NCBI RefSeq assembly: GCF_009914755.1
Contig: NC_060927.1
Reading direction: 5' to 3' (one strand)
DNA length: 64,000 nt
From: the human T2T-CHM13v2.0 reference genome, Homo sapiens
Every line of letters starts with the position of its first letter. Position 1 is the stretch's first letter. The translations under genes were made by a program, and so were the position numbers. Below are positions 1-19,350 of this stretch, piece by piece. The notes beneath the pieces are model-generated. The model searched no databases and was not told where the DNA came from. It saw only the letters and a list, made by a program, of their open reading frames with translations.

Positions 1-720
<720 letters not shown>

Positions 721-1469
721 TTTAAAAATTTTTAATCAAAACTTCAAAATATTAGAAATAAATATGATTATAACCTTATTTTTAAGCTGCACATAAAAAA
801 TAATAAAAGAAAATATATTGTTTTAATCTTGTGTATTTGAACTAGATTTTGTATTTTTCTCATTTTTCTTTGTATTTTTTAATGAGCATTTATTACTCTT
901 TTATTAAGGGGGAAAAGTAACAAAAATTTCCCCTGCCAACTGTACATCTGAGCGCAAGGACAAGGGAAGCTGGAAACAGTTAAATCTTAAAAAAAGAGCT
1001 CTTCAGGGTATGTGCATATAACGCCTCTTGTCCTACTTCCCATTAGAAGTATTGCTAATAACCTCAGGAAGCTCCACCCACATTAGCCTCATTTTGTCTA
1101 ACTGATATATTGGATTCCATGTAAGATTTTACTTGGGAAAAGGGTTCTGCTGGTAAAACAGAGAATGGATGGGAAATCTCTACCCATTATCTACTCAATC
1201 AATCAAACTGTGATCCCAGCAATCTACCTTGATTAGTACCTTGCCTCTGACTGAGGTGACCAAACCTCAGTCACCAAATCTACTTTTAAAATATTATTCA
1301 TGCTTATCATTTCTTTCCCTTCCCTTCTGCCACTATCTTCCGCCCTTGTTCTTTTTCACCTGGATTTGGTGGTAACTTCTGAGAACTTACTGCCTCTCTC
1401 TCTTCAGGATCACCTCCACTTCTAGTTTTGTCTACATTCTGCTTCTAGGGTTCTCTTTCTGATGGTATC

Positions 1470-3132
<1,663 letters not shown>

Positions 3133-3229
3133 TAAGTCGCAGTCTAATTAGCATTACAGATTATGAGTAATAACTTTATTATCTAGGTCTCTACTGTGTA
3201 GTCACCTCCTCTGCTACATTGTTACTTCC

Positions 3230-3492
3230 TCAGTGCATTCTTCTCTGACCCACCCCATCTAAAGCTGAATCTCCTTGCTGTTGTATCCTCAGTCCTATAC
3301 CCTGATATACAGATTTTTTCACATAACCAGTTTTTTATGTGTATGTGTTTGTAATCTATCTTCCTCACCAGAATGTAAGCTCCATGAGGGAAGGGACTTT
3401 GTTCTATTCCTTGTTTATCCTTAGCACCTAGAAAAATGCCTGGCACATAGTAAGTAAGTACTATTCAATAAATATTTGCTGAATCAATGAAA
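3230..3492 (+). mobile_element. L2 3' fragment
   Basis: gaatgtaagctccatgagggaaggg...tgcctggcacatagtaag...caataaatatttgctgaat. Confidence 0.75.
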
Positions 3493-3595
3493 GAATGTGG
3501 CCTACCTCTCAGGTCTCATTTCTTGCCACAAAACAATCTTTATATGTGTCTCACATCTATACTGTTTTCCCTTCTGTAGTACTGGCTGGATATAA

Positions 3596-4432
<837 letters not shown>

Positions 4433-5484
4433 GGTTTAAGATATTTAACCTCAATTGAGTTCAGTGCTGCTCTAACATTCTACAATTTCTTTGTCAATGC
4501 TCTTGCATTTGTGCTTTCACCCTCTCTCCTCAGTAGAAAAAAAAAAAACATAAAGAACCCAATGGAAATTCTCGAACTGAAAAATGCAACGTCTGAAAAA
4601 AAAAATCACTGGCTAGGATTAATAGAATAGTGATAACTGAAAAAAAATAAGCTAACTTGAAGACAGATTAATGAAAATTGTCATATGTGAAGAACACAGA
4701 GGAAAAATGGTAGGAAAAAAATGAACCTAACTTCAGGACCTAACTTCAGGGTGTTGCAGGTAAGGGATTTGGGATTTTATTTTAATTTAAATAGGAAGTT
4801 GCTTAAAAGGGTTTAATTAGGCAGGGGAGTGACCCAGTAACTGCACTTCTGAGTACTTATCTTAATAAATAAAAAGAAACAAAAACTTAGCTGATTAAAG
4901 ATTCATTATGATGTCCAACATCATAGGTTTATATCATATATAGAAATATATATGCATCATATATAACCAACAAAAAAGACAAATATCCAACAATAAGGAA
5001 ATGAAAAAATGTTTAATAAATCATTACTCATAAGCACAATGAAACAGTATGAAGCTCTAAGAAAGGTATTTATAAATGTGAAAACATGCAAAGTGTGTTT
5101 TTTAGATTCAGTCAAAAAAGGAAAATAGACAACTATAATACTTACCAGTTTTATAACTTTAAAACATAGTTATATAAATAATTATGAAAAATTACAAAAA
5201 AGAAAAGGTTGTATTAGAAAGGCAGAATTTTTTTTCTATTTTTCAAAAGTTTCTATAATATCATTGCTACATCATCATTTCAATTAAGAAAAATACTTTT
5301 CTACATCTCACTTCCAATACAACTCTCATCTTGGGCCTGTAACAAATATTAACTGAATTTTACCAATTAAAAGAAATCTCTTCCAAATCTTGTTGGTTCA
5401 CTTAATGTGAAGTTCCTTCTGCTGTTACTAGCTAACAGCTCAAAGAAGAGCAACAGTTTTCTTTTAAAACATATAATTATTTCA

Positions 5485-5590
5485 GCCAGGTGCAGTGACA
5501 CATGCCTGTAGTCTCAGCTACTCCAGAGGTTTGAACTCCAGGAGTTCAAAACCACCCTGGGCATAGCAAAACCCTGTCTCAAAAACAAAC
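5485..5590 (+). mobile_element. Alu monomer (FLAM-like)
   Basis: Single-arm Alu consensus with A-rich tail. Confidence 0.8.
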
Positions 5591-5753
5591 ACATGCATAT
5601 AGCTATTTCAAAATCTGATCTCTCTAGTCCACTCTTAAATGATTCTCTGTCTTCCTCTCCATTTGTTCTATAAAGTTAAACAAACTGAGGTTTTACTCTG
5701 TAACTAAACTTTACTGGTGTTAACATCTGTCCAGGGCTAACATTTATAACTAG

Positions 5754-6335
<582 letters not shown>

Positions 6336-6644
6336 TAGAGCAGAGATTCCCAGTTACGTGTTGTGAATAAGCTATGGGTATACAAAAGAATGGAGTCCCT
6401 CAGCCCTCACGGCAGTCTGGAGTGGCCTCGGGCAGCTGAAGCTTCTAGGTAGCTTAATCCTGACCTTAAGCAGCCTTTTTGTTTAGCCCTAGTGCATCCC
6501 ACAAATGTTATCATTTTCTATGAATGTTGTCATGTGGGAAAAAAAATGAGGAGCATTGAGGCTTAAAGTATCTCTTAAATGGCCTCATAATACATACCTT
6601 AACTCTCAGAATCATTCCCACAGACTATTACTATTATTAAGCTA

Positions 6645-6924
<280 letters not shown>

Positions 6925-6942
6925 CTAGCCTGCTCTCTAGAA

Positions 6943-7235
6943 CAGTGGTCCCCAACCTTTTTTGGTACCAGGGACCAGTTTCGTGGAAGACAATTTTTCC
7001 ATGGATGGGGGTGGAGAGAGATGGATGGTTTCAGGATGAAACTGTTCCACCTCAGATAATCAGGCATTAAATTCTCTAAAGGACTGCACAACCCAGATCC
7101 CTCCCATGTGCAGTTCACAATAGGGTTCGCCCTCCTATGAGAATCTAATGCTCACTTGCTGGCCGCTCACCTTCTGCTATGCAGCCTGGTTCCTAACAGG
7201 CCATGAGCTCACAGCCTGGGAATTGGGGACCTCTG
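6943..7235 (+). mobile_element. MER1-type hAT-Charlie DNA transposon
   Basis: TIRs cagtggtccccaa / ttggggacctctg and 8-bp TSD ctctagaa / ctctagag. Confidence 0.88.
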
Positions 7236-7608
7236 CTCTAGAGTACGTCTCCCACCTTAGACATAAACCCTTTAAGGAAGCTGATGTTTCTCTCATAGCT
7301 ATTTGTATTGTAATAGATCTTTTTCCTACAGTTTATAATGAAAAATTTCAAATATACACAAAAGAGAAAGGAAAGGAATAATGAAACCCCACAGAAATAT
7401 TACCTAACTTAAACAAATAATCAACTTAAGACAATATTGTTTTATCTATAATACCACCCACTTTACCCTCCTTCTCCTAGTGGATTATTTTGAAGCCAAT
7501 TCCAGACATCATATAATTTCATCCGTAGACATTTCAGCATGTATCTCTATATACCACAAGATATTGTTCAAAGAGACATATTGAAAGATACTGCTGGTTC
7601 CTGTGTAA

Positions 7609-7922
<314 letters not shown>

Positions 7923-8363
7923 GTGGGCCAGATTTCTGATATAAGCATTCTTCCAGTAAGACATATATTAGTCAAAGAAATACACACATACACACGTATA
8001 TAAAATATACAAAACACATATATATGTATTTTCTCTACTGTACTTCCTTACAACTTAAACCATTTGAAAGTAGGATTGTCAAACAAGAAAATCAAGAAAA
8101 AAGTGGTCTGAACAGTTTCAATTGTAATAAGATCATTGATAAGGGATCTTAGAGATCTCTTAGGAAAGAGAAAAATCACACACAAAAATCCTCCGTCTGT
8201 CAGAGGTAAATGACTTTCATACAGCACAAGTTATGTGGCATGGAACAACGTGCTAATATCATAAAATTATTATACATAAAGTAATTCATGTAGCTGCATA
8301 TTTTACAAAACAAATGCAATAAAACTAACTTAATTCAGAAAAATTTTATTCAATAATCCTTAC

Positions 8364-8430
8364 CTTTTGTTGGACTGAGATTCTGATCTATAAATCCTCT
8401 TACTTCTGCATTTGTGGAAGTCAAACCAAC
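8364..8430 (-). CDS. TFDP2: Transcription factor Dp-2, second coding exon (VGLTSTNAEVRGFIDQNLSPTK-G)
   Basis: Acceptor ttttattcag| and donor AAAG|gtaagg flank an open 67-nt exon (22 codons + 1 nt) matching the recalled DP-2 sequence. Confidence 0.95.
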
Positions 8431-8624
8431 CTGAATAAAACCGTTTAAAAAGTTAAAAATAGAATATTAAGTAGTATGTGTTCACTTAACAAGCTATTTT
8501 ATATCTTCCATCAGACATCCATATCAAATATATATAGCCACATCAAATGAATTAATTATATTAACCACAGGAGTATTATTTTAAAATGAAATGTTGACAT
8601 ATTATTTAAAAGGGGAAGAATATT

Positions 8625-8765
8625 GCCTGTAGTCCCAACTACTTGGGAGGCTGAGGTCGGAGGATTGCTTGAGCCTGGGAGGCAGAGGTGTTGCAGTGAG
8701 CTGAGATCATGCCACTGCACTCCAGCCTGGATGACAGAGTGAGACCCTGTCTCAAAAAAAAAAAA
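8625..8765 (+). mobile_element. 5'-truncated Alu (right arm)
   Basis: gcctgtagtcccaactac...A-tail. Confidence 0.9.
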
Positions 8766-9029
8766 GGTGAGGGGAATATGAATTGTCCAGCTTAAGATAA
8801 AAATTAATGAAATACTATTACTTATGAGCAGAACTGAGATTTTACAGATTTTACTGACAGTTCTTTGAAAGCAAGTAAGTAATGTGGCAGCCATGAAGTT
8901 GCCAATAGATATTTCAAAATTCCATCCCCACTGTTGCCCTTAATTTGTACTATTCTTAATCACTATCTAAAATGCTTTCAATACTATGACATGTGAGGAA
9001 TCAAATAAAGACCATTAATACCACAATGC

Positions 9030-9245
9030 AGAAGTAAAATACATTGGCCTTAAGTCCAACTGCTTGGATTCATATTCTGGACCATCAAGCCTACTAGGGG
9101 TTTGGCCTTGGTCAAGTCATGCATTTCCTCATCTGTAAATTGGAGGGTGATACCAGTACTTAGCAATTCAGGTTGTTATAAAGACTAAATGAGATAATTC
9201 ATGTAAAGCATATAGCACAAGATTTGGCACATACTGCTCAATCCA
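9030..9245 (+). mobile_element. MIR
   Basis: tttcctcatctgtaaa...taaatgagataattcatgtaaagca core. Confidence 0.75.
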
Positions 9246-9565
9246 TGTCAGCATACGTTACTGTCAGTATTATACTTGAGGGACTACCCACAGCAAGTAT
9301 TTATGAATTCACTTTTAGATAATTTATTTCATTTAAGGTAATATCCACTACACTACTTGGCATCACAGAGCTGAATACAGGAATATCATCAAACAGAATA
9401 TCAGAAATATATTACAAAGCCTGGAGGAAAAAAAACCCTCAATTTTTGAAAACTTGGCAGAACGCAAACATCCAAAAATTGGCTCTATTATTACTATCAA
9501 ATACTTTTTGTAAGCATTGAAGATTTGTAACCTTGAAACATTACAATTTTGTTACATTACACTAA

Positions 9566-9975
<410 letters not shown>

Positions 9976-10280
9976 TGATATATAAAAATGGCATACACTT
10001 AAGGTGTACATCTTGATGTTTTGATATATGTATACATTGTAAAATGATCACCACAGTCAAGCTGACATATCCATTACCTCTATATAGCTATTATTGTGTA
10101 TATGTGTGTTGCGAAGATTCAATTTAAGATCTATCCTTTTAGCAAATTACAAGCACACAATACAGTACTATTAATTATCATCACTGTGCAGCACATCAGA
10201 TCTCCAGCAATCTGAAAAGATTTTAAAGCACACAAAGCTTTATAACTTTATAACTATCCACTTATTGTTCTAAACACTGA

Positions 10281-10609
<329 letters not shown>

Positions 10610-12712
10610 TAAGCAATTATTTGATAGTTTATAATATCAATGTAAGAGCTAATTATTTCATTATTTGATAATTCAATGCTCTACTAAGAATTCAAATGCT
10701 CTACTAATAGCTGTTTCTTTCTGTCAAGAAGTATGTTAGCAGTAATATTTTTACATATTTTTCATATCCTAACAAGTGATTTTGATGCAAATCTCTAGAA
10801 TCTATCATCATCAAATTTTTATGACAGTAGCTGAGACTAAGTCATCTAGAAAATGGCCTCTTAATTCTATGTAGATAATAGTGCAGATACTTAACTTTGT
10901 CCAGCTTCTTATCACTTTTCAGTTAGAAATAAAGACAATACTTTCCAACAAAATTTGCAACAAATAACTATATGTTATGGCTCTTCAGTTGCTCACAAAT
11001 AATGTTAAATATCCAACTTGTTGATTTGTTGAAGAGTTTATTGTGCCATTACTAATAACTCCCCCCTCCTTTTTAAACTCTTCTGCTATAGGAAGATGAC
11101 AGAGGCAAAACTTGTTGGTGTTCTACTTTAAAAAGAAAGCAAAGAAGGCAAAGACAGCCTTTAATAAATTCCATGCTTGATACAATATAACCATTTAAAT
11201 ACATGTATTATAATAACTTCAAAAGGATCAGTTTATACCTTTTTGTTATTATACAACCTCAACTAAACCTCAAAAACCTCAACTAAAACCACATATTCAT
11301 AATAGAGAGTTCAGTTACTGGGTTACCGTTATGCTTAAACACCTGCTCTTAATATCCAACTTCTGCAGAGTAAAACAGCCAACGAATGTGGAAACTTTTT
11401 AAGCAGCTGTACACCTGCATCTTAAGAACCAACAAATTGTACTCCAAAAAGATAAAAGTCAATTGTGAGTCCATACTGCATGCTAATCTTAGTCTCATAG
11501 ATGGAGGGGAGGTGTTTGTATTTAAAGCTTATATATAAAACCAAAATATATTTAATTAAAACTTCAAAATATGTATTAATTTCTACTATCATAAACATTT
11601 TGTAAAGATTCAAAAAAACTGTATTATTTGAGAGTAGAAAAAGTTGGCTAGCGAAAGCATCCTAAAATATTAGCCATTCTTCCCTTATTCTACCTATTTA
11701 AAAAGGACTTATCTTTCAATGAACAAGAGAAAAAAGTGAACTCATATTTCATGTTAAATTCTTTGCCTAATCATGTCCTGAGGAAAATATGCTGAGTATT
11801 CCTCTCTTTTTTCTCAATTTTTAAAAATAAATTGTATTGTCTGTATTTAAGGTATAAAACATGATGTTATAAGATACATATATATAAAATGGTTACTATA
11901 GTGGGTATTCCAATGCTGTGTTGTGTACTATATAACCAGTCACTATGCGTTTACTGAATTCAAAGTATTTAAGTTCAATTTTTAAGAATCAGATCATATT
12001 GACTAATAATATTGTAATTTCATTGATATTCAACATTTCTGACTGACATAACATTACTGAAATGTTCAGAGTAAGATCATCTGTGCTCAGTTAAGCTCTA
12101 CCTTTCACAGGCAAGGTGATCGTGGAACGGTCACTACAAAATGGGAATGATAGAACGTATGTGCAAGACAAACTAAAGAGCTCATAGGATCGAGTCAAAT
12201 GATTATGTAAATTTATCTGTTAATTTGGCAAAAATATATCTATTAATATGCCAAAGCAATATTTAAGTGTGGGTTGTCATCCAAATGGCAATGGCTTCCA
12301 ACACTTCAACCCTGACACAGACCATATGCAAAAGAGAAATGCAAATGACCAATAAACATACAGAATGTTAGTTTACTTAACTAGTAATCAGAGAAATGTA
12401 ATAAATTGCACACCATTTTTTGCTGATTAAATTGGCAAAGATTTATAAACATATAAAAAGAAATGTCACTTTCATATACCACAAGTATATATATAAATCT
12501 GTGCAATCTTAGCAATATGAATCAAAAGCTCTAAAAAATTATACACACTTTGGCTCAGTAATTTCATAGAATTTTTCTTCTGGAGATAATATGATGAGTG
12601 AGCAAAAACAGACAAAATGTTCCAAAAAGGAAAAAAGCAGAAGTAACTTAATGGTCAATATTAGGAAACTGGTGTAATATCCATACAATAAATAACATAA
12701 AATAGCCACTTA

Positions 12713-13007
<295 letters not shown>

Positions 13008-13076
13008 TAGACACTTAAAATGATGTTCCAGAGATATCAAGATAAGAAAATGCATTCATCACAGAAATTAAATAGT

Positions 13077-13394
<318 letters not shown>

Positions 13395-13759
13395 AATGTC
13401 TATACATTTTGATTGCTACATATACAAATTTGTATACAAATCAGATATCTTCCTAAGCAAAATTTTGCTGACAGTCTCTAGGCTATTTTTTCTTTTCTTT
13501 ATCTGTATTTTCTAATTTTTCCATAATGAGTATTACAGCCTACATGTTTTTCTTAAAGATTCATTGACAAGGCAAAAAAAAAAAACCCTCAAAAATTATA
13601 TTTCAAATTATTTACTGTATTATTGCTTAAATTAGAACACAACTGCATTTTTGGTCTAGAAAAATATTACTGGATACTAGATACTATTTGATAGCAATTT
13701 CACCCCAGATACAATAAATATGTTGCCAGCTCCTCACCTCTTCCTTTTGCAAAGTGATC

Positions 13760-14300
13760 AATCCTACATCTCATGTAGTTCTAGTAAGACAATTAATCTT
13801 AGAGGCTCAAAGTGGGCTCATGACTCAAAGCCTGGCCACTTACCGTATCCCACTTCCATCTCCACGGAGTTTAAGCAAGGTCAACTCAAACTTCTCCATA
13901 GATTTTGAAACATAAATACTAAAAAGGGGCCAGGTGCAGTGGCTCACACCTGTAATCCTAGCACTATGGGAGGCCAAGTCAGGCAGATCCCTTGAAGTCA
14001 GGGGTTTGAGACCAGCCTGGGCAACATAGCCAGACTCCATCTCTTTAAAACACAAAAGTTCTCTCTCTCCTTCTGAGACAAGTATTATGAGGCCAATGCA
14101 AGCCATTATGCCACCATACAGAAGGCCTAAAGATGGAAGAAGACAGACCCCTGACATCATCGTTTGATCCCTGGAATCTAGATGTGTTTGAAGCAGCCTC
14201 TAGACTTTTCAATTATATAAGTCAATACATTCCACTTTTTGTGTTAAGCTGTTTTGATAGGGTTTCGATCATTTGCAACTATAAGAGACCTAATAAAGCA
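13760..14300 (+). mobile_element. MLT1-type (MaLR) LTR remnant with inserted Alu monomer (~13928-14055)
   Basis: 3' end resembles MaLR: agtcaatacattcc...ttaagctg...gggtttcgatcatttgcaac. Confidence 0.55.
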
Positions 14301-14722
14301 TGGATAAGACAAAAGTAACTCTTCACAAAAAAACTGTTGTCATCAGAGACATGTAAAATGAGAAAATTTAAAATGTACATATTTGAATACATGGTTAGTA
14401 ATGCCTCTGTAAGAGGGCAATCTCTTCCCTATCTACAATCTCTTCTGTGTTTGTGAGTCACTTCTCAGTAACATGTGACACAATTGATCACTTCCCCTTG
14501 AAACACTTTCTTCACCTGGGCCTCCAGATCATCAGGATAACTCTTTTCTTCCTGTCTTTGCCCATTCTTTGAGTGTCCTTTATGGCTTCTCTTGCTTTCC
14601 ACCTTTTTGTTGGAGAATCCCTGTGCTCAGACCTTGGTCCTTATATATTTGCTATCCATGCACTCACTATATGATCACATGTAGTCCCATTGCTTTACAA
14701 TGATTTTAATATGAAATGACCC

Positions 14723-15077
<355 letters not shown>

Positions 15078-15583
15078 TTATCAAATCGCCTAGCCAATAT
15101 CTCCACTTGGAAGTTTTTAGGTTTCTCAACTTTAGTATGTTCAAAACAGAATATTTAAGTTTATCACAATATCCTATACCTCCCTAAGAATTCCTCTTCT
15201 AATTAAACAGCACAGTCATTTACCCAGTTACACAAGTCAAATACTGAGAAGTCTCTAACTTCTTTCCTGCCCTCATATCCTAATGACTCAATAAATCTTG
15301 ATGACTGTCCCCAAATGATAATGAAGCAAAATCTGTATCTGCTTCTAGTTACCAATGCATGTTAAAAGCAATGTTCTGAATTATAACCCAAAATAAGCAA
15401 ACAGACATAATGCAATAAGGATTTGTTTGTTAACGCTATTGTTCGGCTGCATAATGGGCAATATTTAGAACTATCGGTCTGACTCACAAGAAACCCTTTA
15501 TCATCTTTCCTCACACACTGTGCTGGACCCTCAGCAGCCATTTCATGCAACAACACTTGCTTCTCCTGGTCACAACTAACTAA

Positions 15584-16043
<460 letters not shown>

Positions 16044-17038
16044 TGAGTGGGGCCATGTTCCACCATCCTGGCTGGGGAACTGAGAAAGATGATTTGGACA
16101 GACAGACAGAGGGAGAAATGAAGCAGGTACACAGTAACAAGCTGAGAGAGATGAGAAATGAAAACCAAATACTGCTTCAATTCCTGCTGGATTTCTAGTT
16201 TCTGGGCCTGGATCTTTCTGAGGGCCCATAAAATTCCCACTCTTAAATTCCTTGAGATATCCCTGCATCTTTATAACAAATTCCCTTTTTGTTTAATTCC
16301 CAGTCAAAGATTCCTACATAATAATATAGGAACAGTAAAGCAATTAGACTTTAATACATATAACATTGGAACAGTAAAGCAATTTATAAATAATTCCCCT
16401 ATATGTTGTACTCTTTAAGGCACAATTCTTTACCATAACTGGAAACAAACTCATTAATAAACAGTGACAAATAAATAAATAAAGAGTGACATACAACTTG
16501 AAAGGAGGTATATTCAGAAATGATCACCTCAAGTAGAGGGAAAAACTTGAATAACTTCTCCAAAACATCTAAAATCTAATGTTTCTTCAGGAACCATCTC
16601 ATGGAAGGTAGCAAGCTACTTTCAGACAATATCTGAGCACATACATTTCCCTGAGTAACCAAAAAAAAAAAAAAAAAATAAGCCAAAGAAAACAGTGATT
16701 TGCTCAAAAAGGCCAAGTAACCCTCCAGCAAGTACCAAAACAAATTTATTACAATATCCAAAAGAGGAGGGCAGGGTGGGAAACCTTCTGGAGATAGCAA
16801 TTTGCAGCTGTTGAGAAGTAACTTGGTGCCAATTTGCAAGAATGCTACTATCTCCATTAGGGCACCATATTCAATCGCATTAAAGCTTATCTCATATTCT
16901 GCATAAACATAAACAAATACAATTATAAATCCATGCAAGTAAATTAAATCTGGTTAACCAGAATGGTGAGAAAATATGTAGGAAAAAGCACAGCTCACTT
17001 TAAACAATACTTACATTAAAAAATTTACAAATACTTAC

Positions 17039-17053
17039 ATTTTTTGCCGTCAT
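17039..17053 (-). CDS. TFDP2: Transcription factor Dp-2, first coding segment (MTAKN)
   Basis: ATG ACG GCA AAA AAT followed by a consensus GTAAGT donor. It joins the 8430 exon in phase 0. G at position -3. Confidence 0.92.
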
Positions 17054-17066
17054 GTCAAACTGTATT

Positions 17067-17090
17067 CTATTTAAGATTCTGTAAAGCCAT
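17067..17090 (-). promoter_or_regulatory. Upstream ORF (MALQNLK*) in the TFDP2 5'UTR
   Basis: ATG GCT TTA CAG AAT CTT AAA TAG ends 13 nt before the main ATG. Confidence 0.6.
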
Positions 17091-17179
17091 TAAAAAAATA
17101 AAAAGAAAAAAACCTTCGTCTTCAATAATTCTTTAAAAGAACAACCTGTTAAAGGAAAACAGAGGGAATAGTAATGTAA

Positions 17180-17380
17180 TAATAATAATAGGCAACATTT
17201 ATGTCATATTTACTATGTGACATGCATTGTTATCTAAGTGAACTGTCTAAATTAATCTTCACAACAACACTATGAGGTTTGTACCATCTTAATCCCCATT
17301 TTCCAAATAAAAACTAGGGCTTAGAAAGGTTAACTAATTTGACCATGTCAACTCAGTTCACAAGTGCTGGAGCCTGGGCT
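17180..17380 (-). mobile_element. MIR immediately upstream of the ATG-exon acceptor
   Basis: aatcttcacaacaacactatgagg...ccccattttccaaat...agaaaggttaac. Confidence 0.7.
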
Positions 17381-17557
17381 TTGAAATGGTATTAGGCTAT
17401 GCTGCTTTAGAAAATCCACTGAAAGAAACACCAGGGCTTCTTGGAGAAATGGCTGATTCTAGTACAAGATAAACCTAGAACATCTTATTGTGCCTAAAGT
17501 AAGGAAGGGCTCAAAAAATGATGGAGACATGTCAAAAGTACACAGAAATCAGCTTAA

Positions 17558-17715
17558 AGAGCCTACAGCTGGACAATTTTCAACAACTGAACACCAAAGT
17601 ACATACTGATAGTAACAGATTATAAACCCATTGAATAGAGCCTACAGCTGGACAATTTTCAACAACTGAACACCAAAGTACATAATGATAGTAACAGATT
17701 ATAAACCCATTGAAT
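17558..17715 (+). repeat. 79-bp direct tandem duplication (2 copies, 1 mismatch)
   Basis: agagcctacagctgg...aaacccattgaat at 17558-17636 and 17637-17715. Confidence 0.95.
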
Positions 17716-18205
17716 AAAATAATAATCCAGGATTACTGGGGCTAAAGGGGGAGATGAGAAATTCTTTGCAGTAGAACGCCAACTAATAAATATAAATGAG
17801 TGATACAGTTAGTAAAACTTCCATTTTGGAACCATCATAACTAATAAGAAAAGAATAATTAATACACAGTAAAACTAGTCAGTGAAAATATGGTGAAAAA
17901 TAGGATATTTCCATAGCGTTGAAATATCTCCCTACAAAATACCTACTAATTCAAATTTTCTAGTGAAAGAAATATGGCATAAATCACTTTAGCCAAGTGA
18001 TCAAAGTTACCAAATGATTACCAATAATGGGGCAAGCCAACATGTGTCTCTTCAAGCGCACTGAGATGGATACAGCATGAATTCTGAGGTACGTTTGCCC
18101 AATATGCAAAATCTAAATTTAATCATGAGGAAATATCAGAGAAATCCAAATTGAGAGGCATTCTACAAAATAATGGCCTGAATTCTTCAAAAAATGTTAG
18201 TGTCA

Positions 18206-18577
<372 letters not shown>

Positions 18578-19189
18578 CTAAAAACATATGAAAACTGAAT
18601 TCAACCTGTGATCTTGGTCAGGACACTGAACTAGAAAAAAAAAACTGCTGTGAAGACCATTATTTGGGTAATTGGAGATTAGATCTACAGACTGGATAAT
18701 AGTATTGTTTCAATGTTACATTTCCTGACTTTGATCAATGAACTTGGAGTTTTCTTTTCCTCACATCTTTTTGGATTCCAAAAACTATGGAGTTTTCTAT
18801 AATTGAGTGTCCTCTTTCTTATAAAAAATACACTAAAATATTTAGGAGTGGAGGGGTATAATGGTGGCAACTTACTCTCAAATGATGACAAAATATGGTC
18901 TCACTATACAGAGAAAGAATAATAAAGAATATGTGACAAAATGGTTACAACTGGTGAATCTGGGTGAAGGGCATCTGGGAGTTCTTTGACCTATTTTTGT
19001 AACTTTTCTCTTATTTTAAAATTATCTCAAAATTAAACTTTAATAAGACATTCAAGGGGAAGGATAAAGTAAAACTTAACTTTGCAAAGATCATAAATAA
19101 TGGGTGTTCAAAGAAATGGGGGCTTCAAATGGCTGCCTTATATGTTAGAATTTGAATCTACAAGTAAAATTTTGTAGAAGAAAAGCAAG

Positions 19190-19350
19190 GTTTTTTTTTT
19201 CTGTTTTTTTCATGTGCAGAACATGCAGTTTTGTTACATAGGTATACATAGGTATACGTGTGCCATGGTGATTTGCTGCACCTATCAACCCGTCACCTAG
19301 GTTTTAAGCTCCACATGCATTAGCTATTTGTCCTGATGCTCCCCCCTCCT
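19190..19350 (-). mobile_element. Short 5'-truncated L1PA 3' end
   Basis: catgtgcagaacatgcag...tgccatggtgatttgctgcacctatcaacccgtcacctagg. Confidence 0.85.

Larger units (their letters stand above)
17039..17145 (-). other. TFDP2: TFDP2 start-codon exon (107 nt: 92 nt 5'UTR + 15 nt CDS)
   Basis: Acceptor ttttcctttaacag|GTTGTT at 17146-17147 and donor AAT|gtaagtat at 17038-17031. An in-frame TAA (17092-17090) lies upstream of the ATG. Confidence 0.88.

Noticed and set aside
4725-4750. Short perfect tandem duplication (ACCTAACTTCAGG x2), with similar cases at ~10671-10707, ~11255-11290 and ~38131-38162
   Set aside because: Ordinary slippage-type micro-duplications with no evident functional motif.
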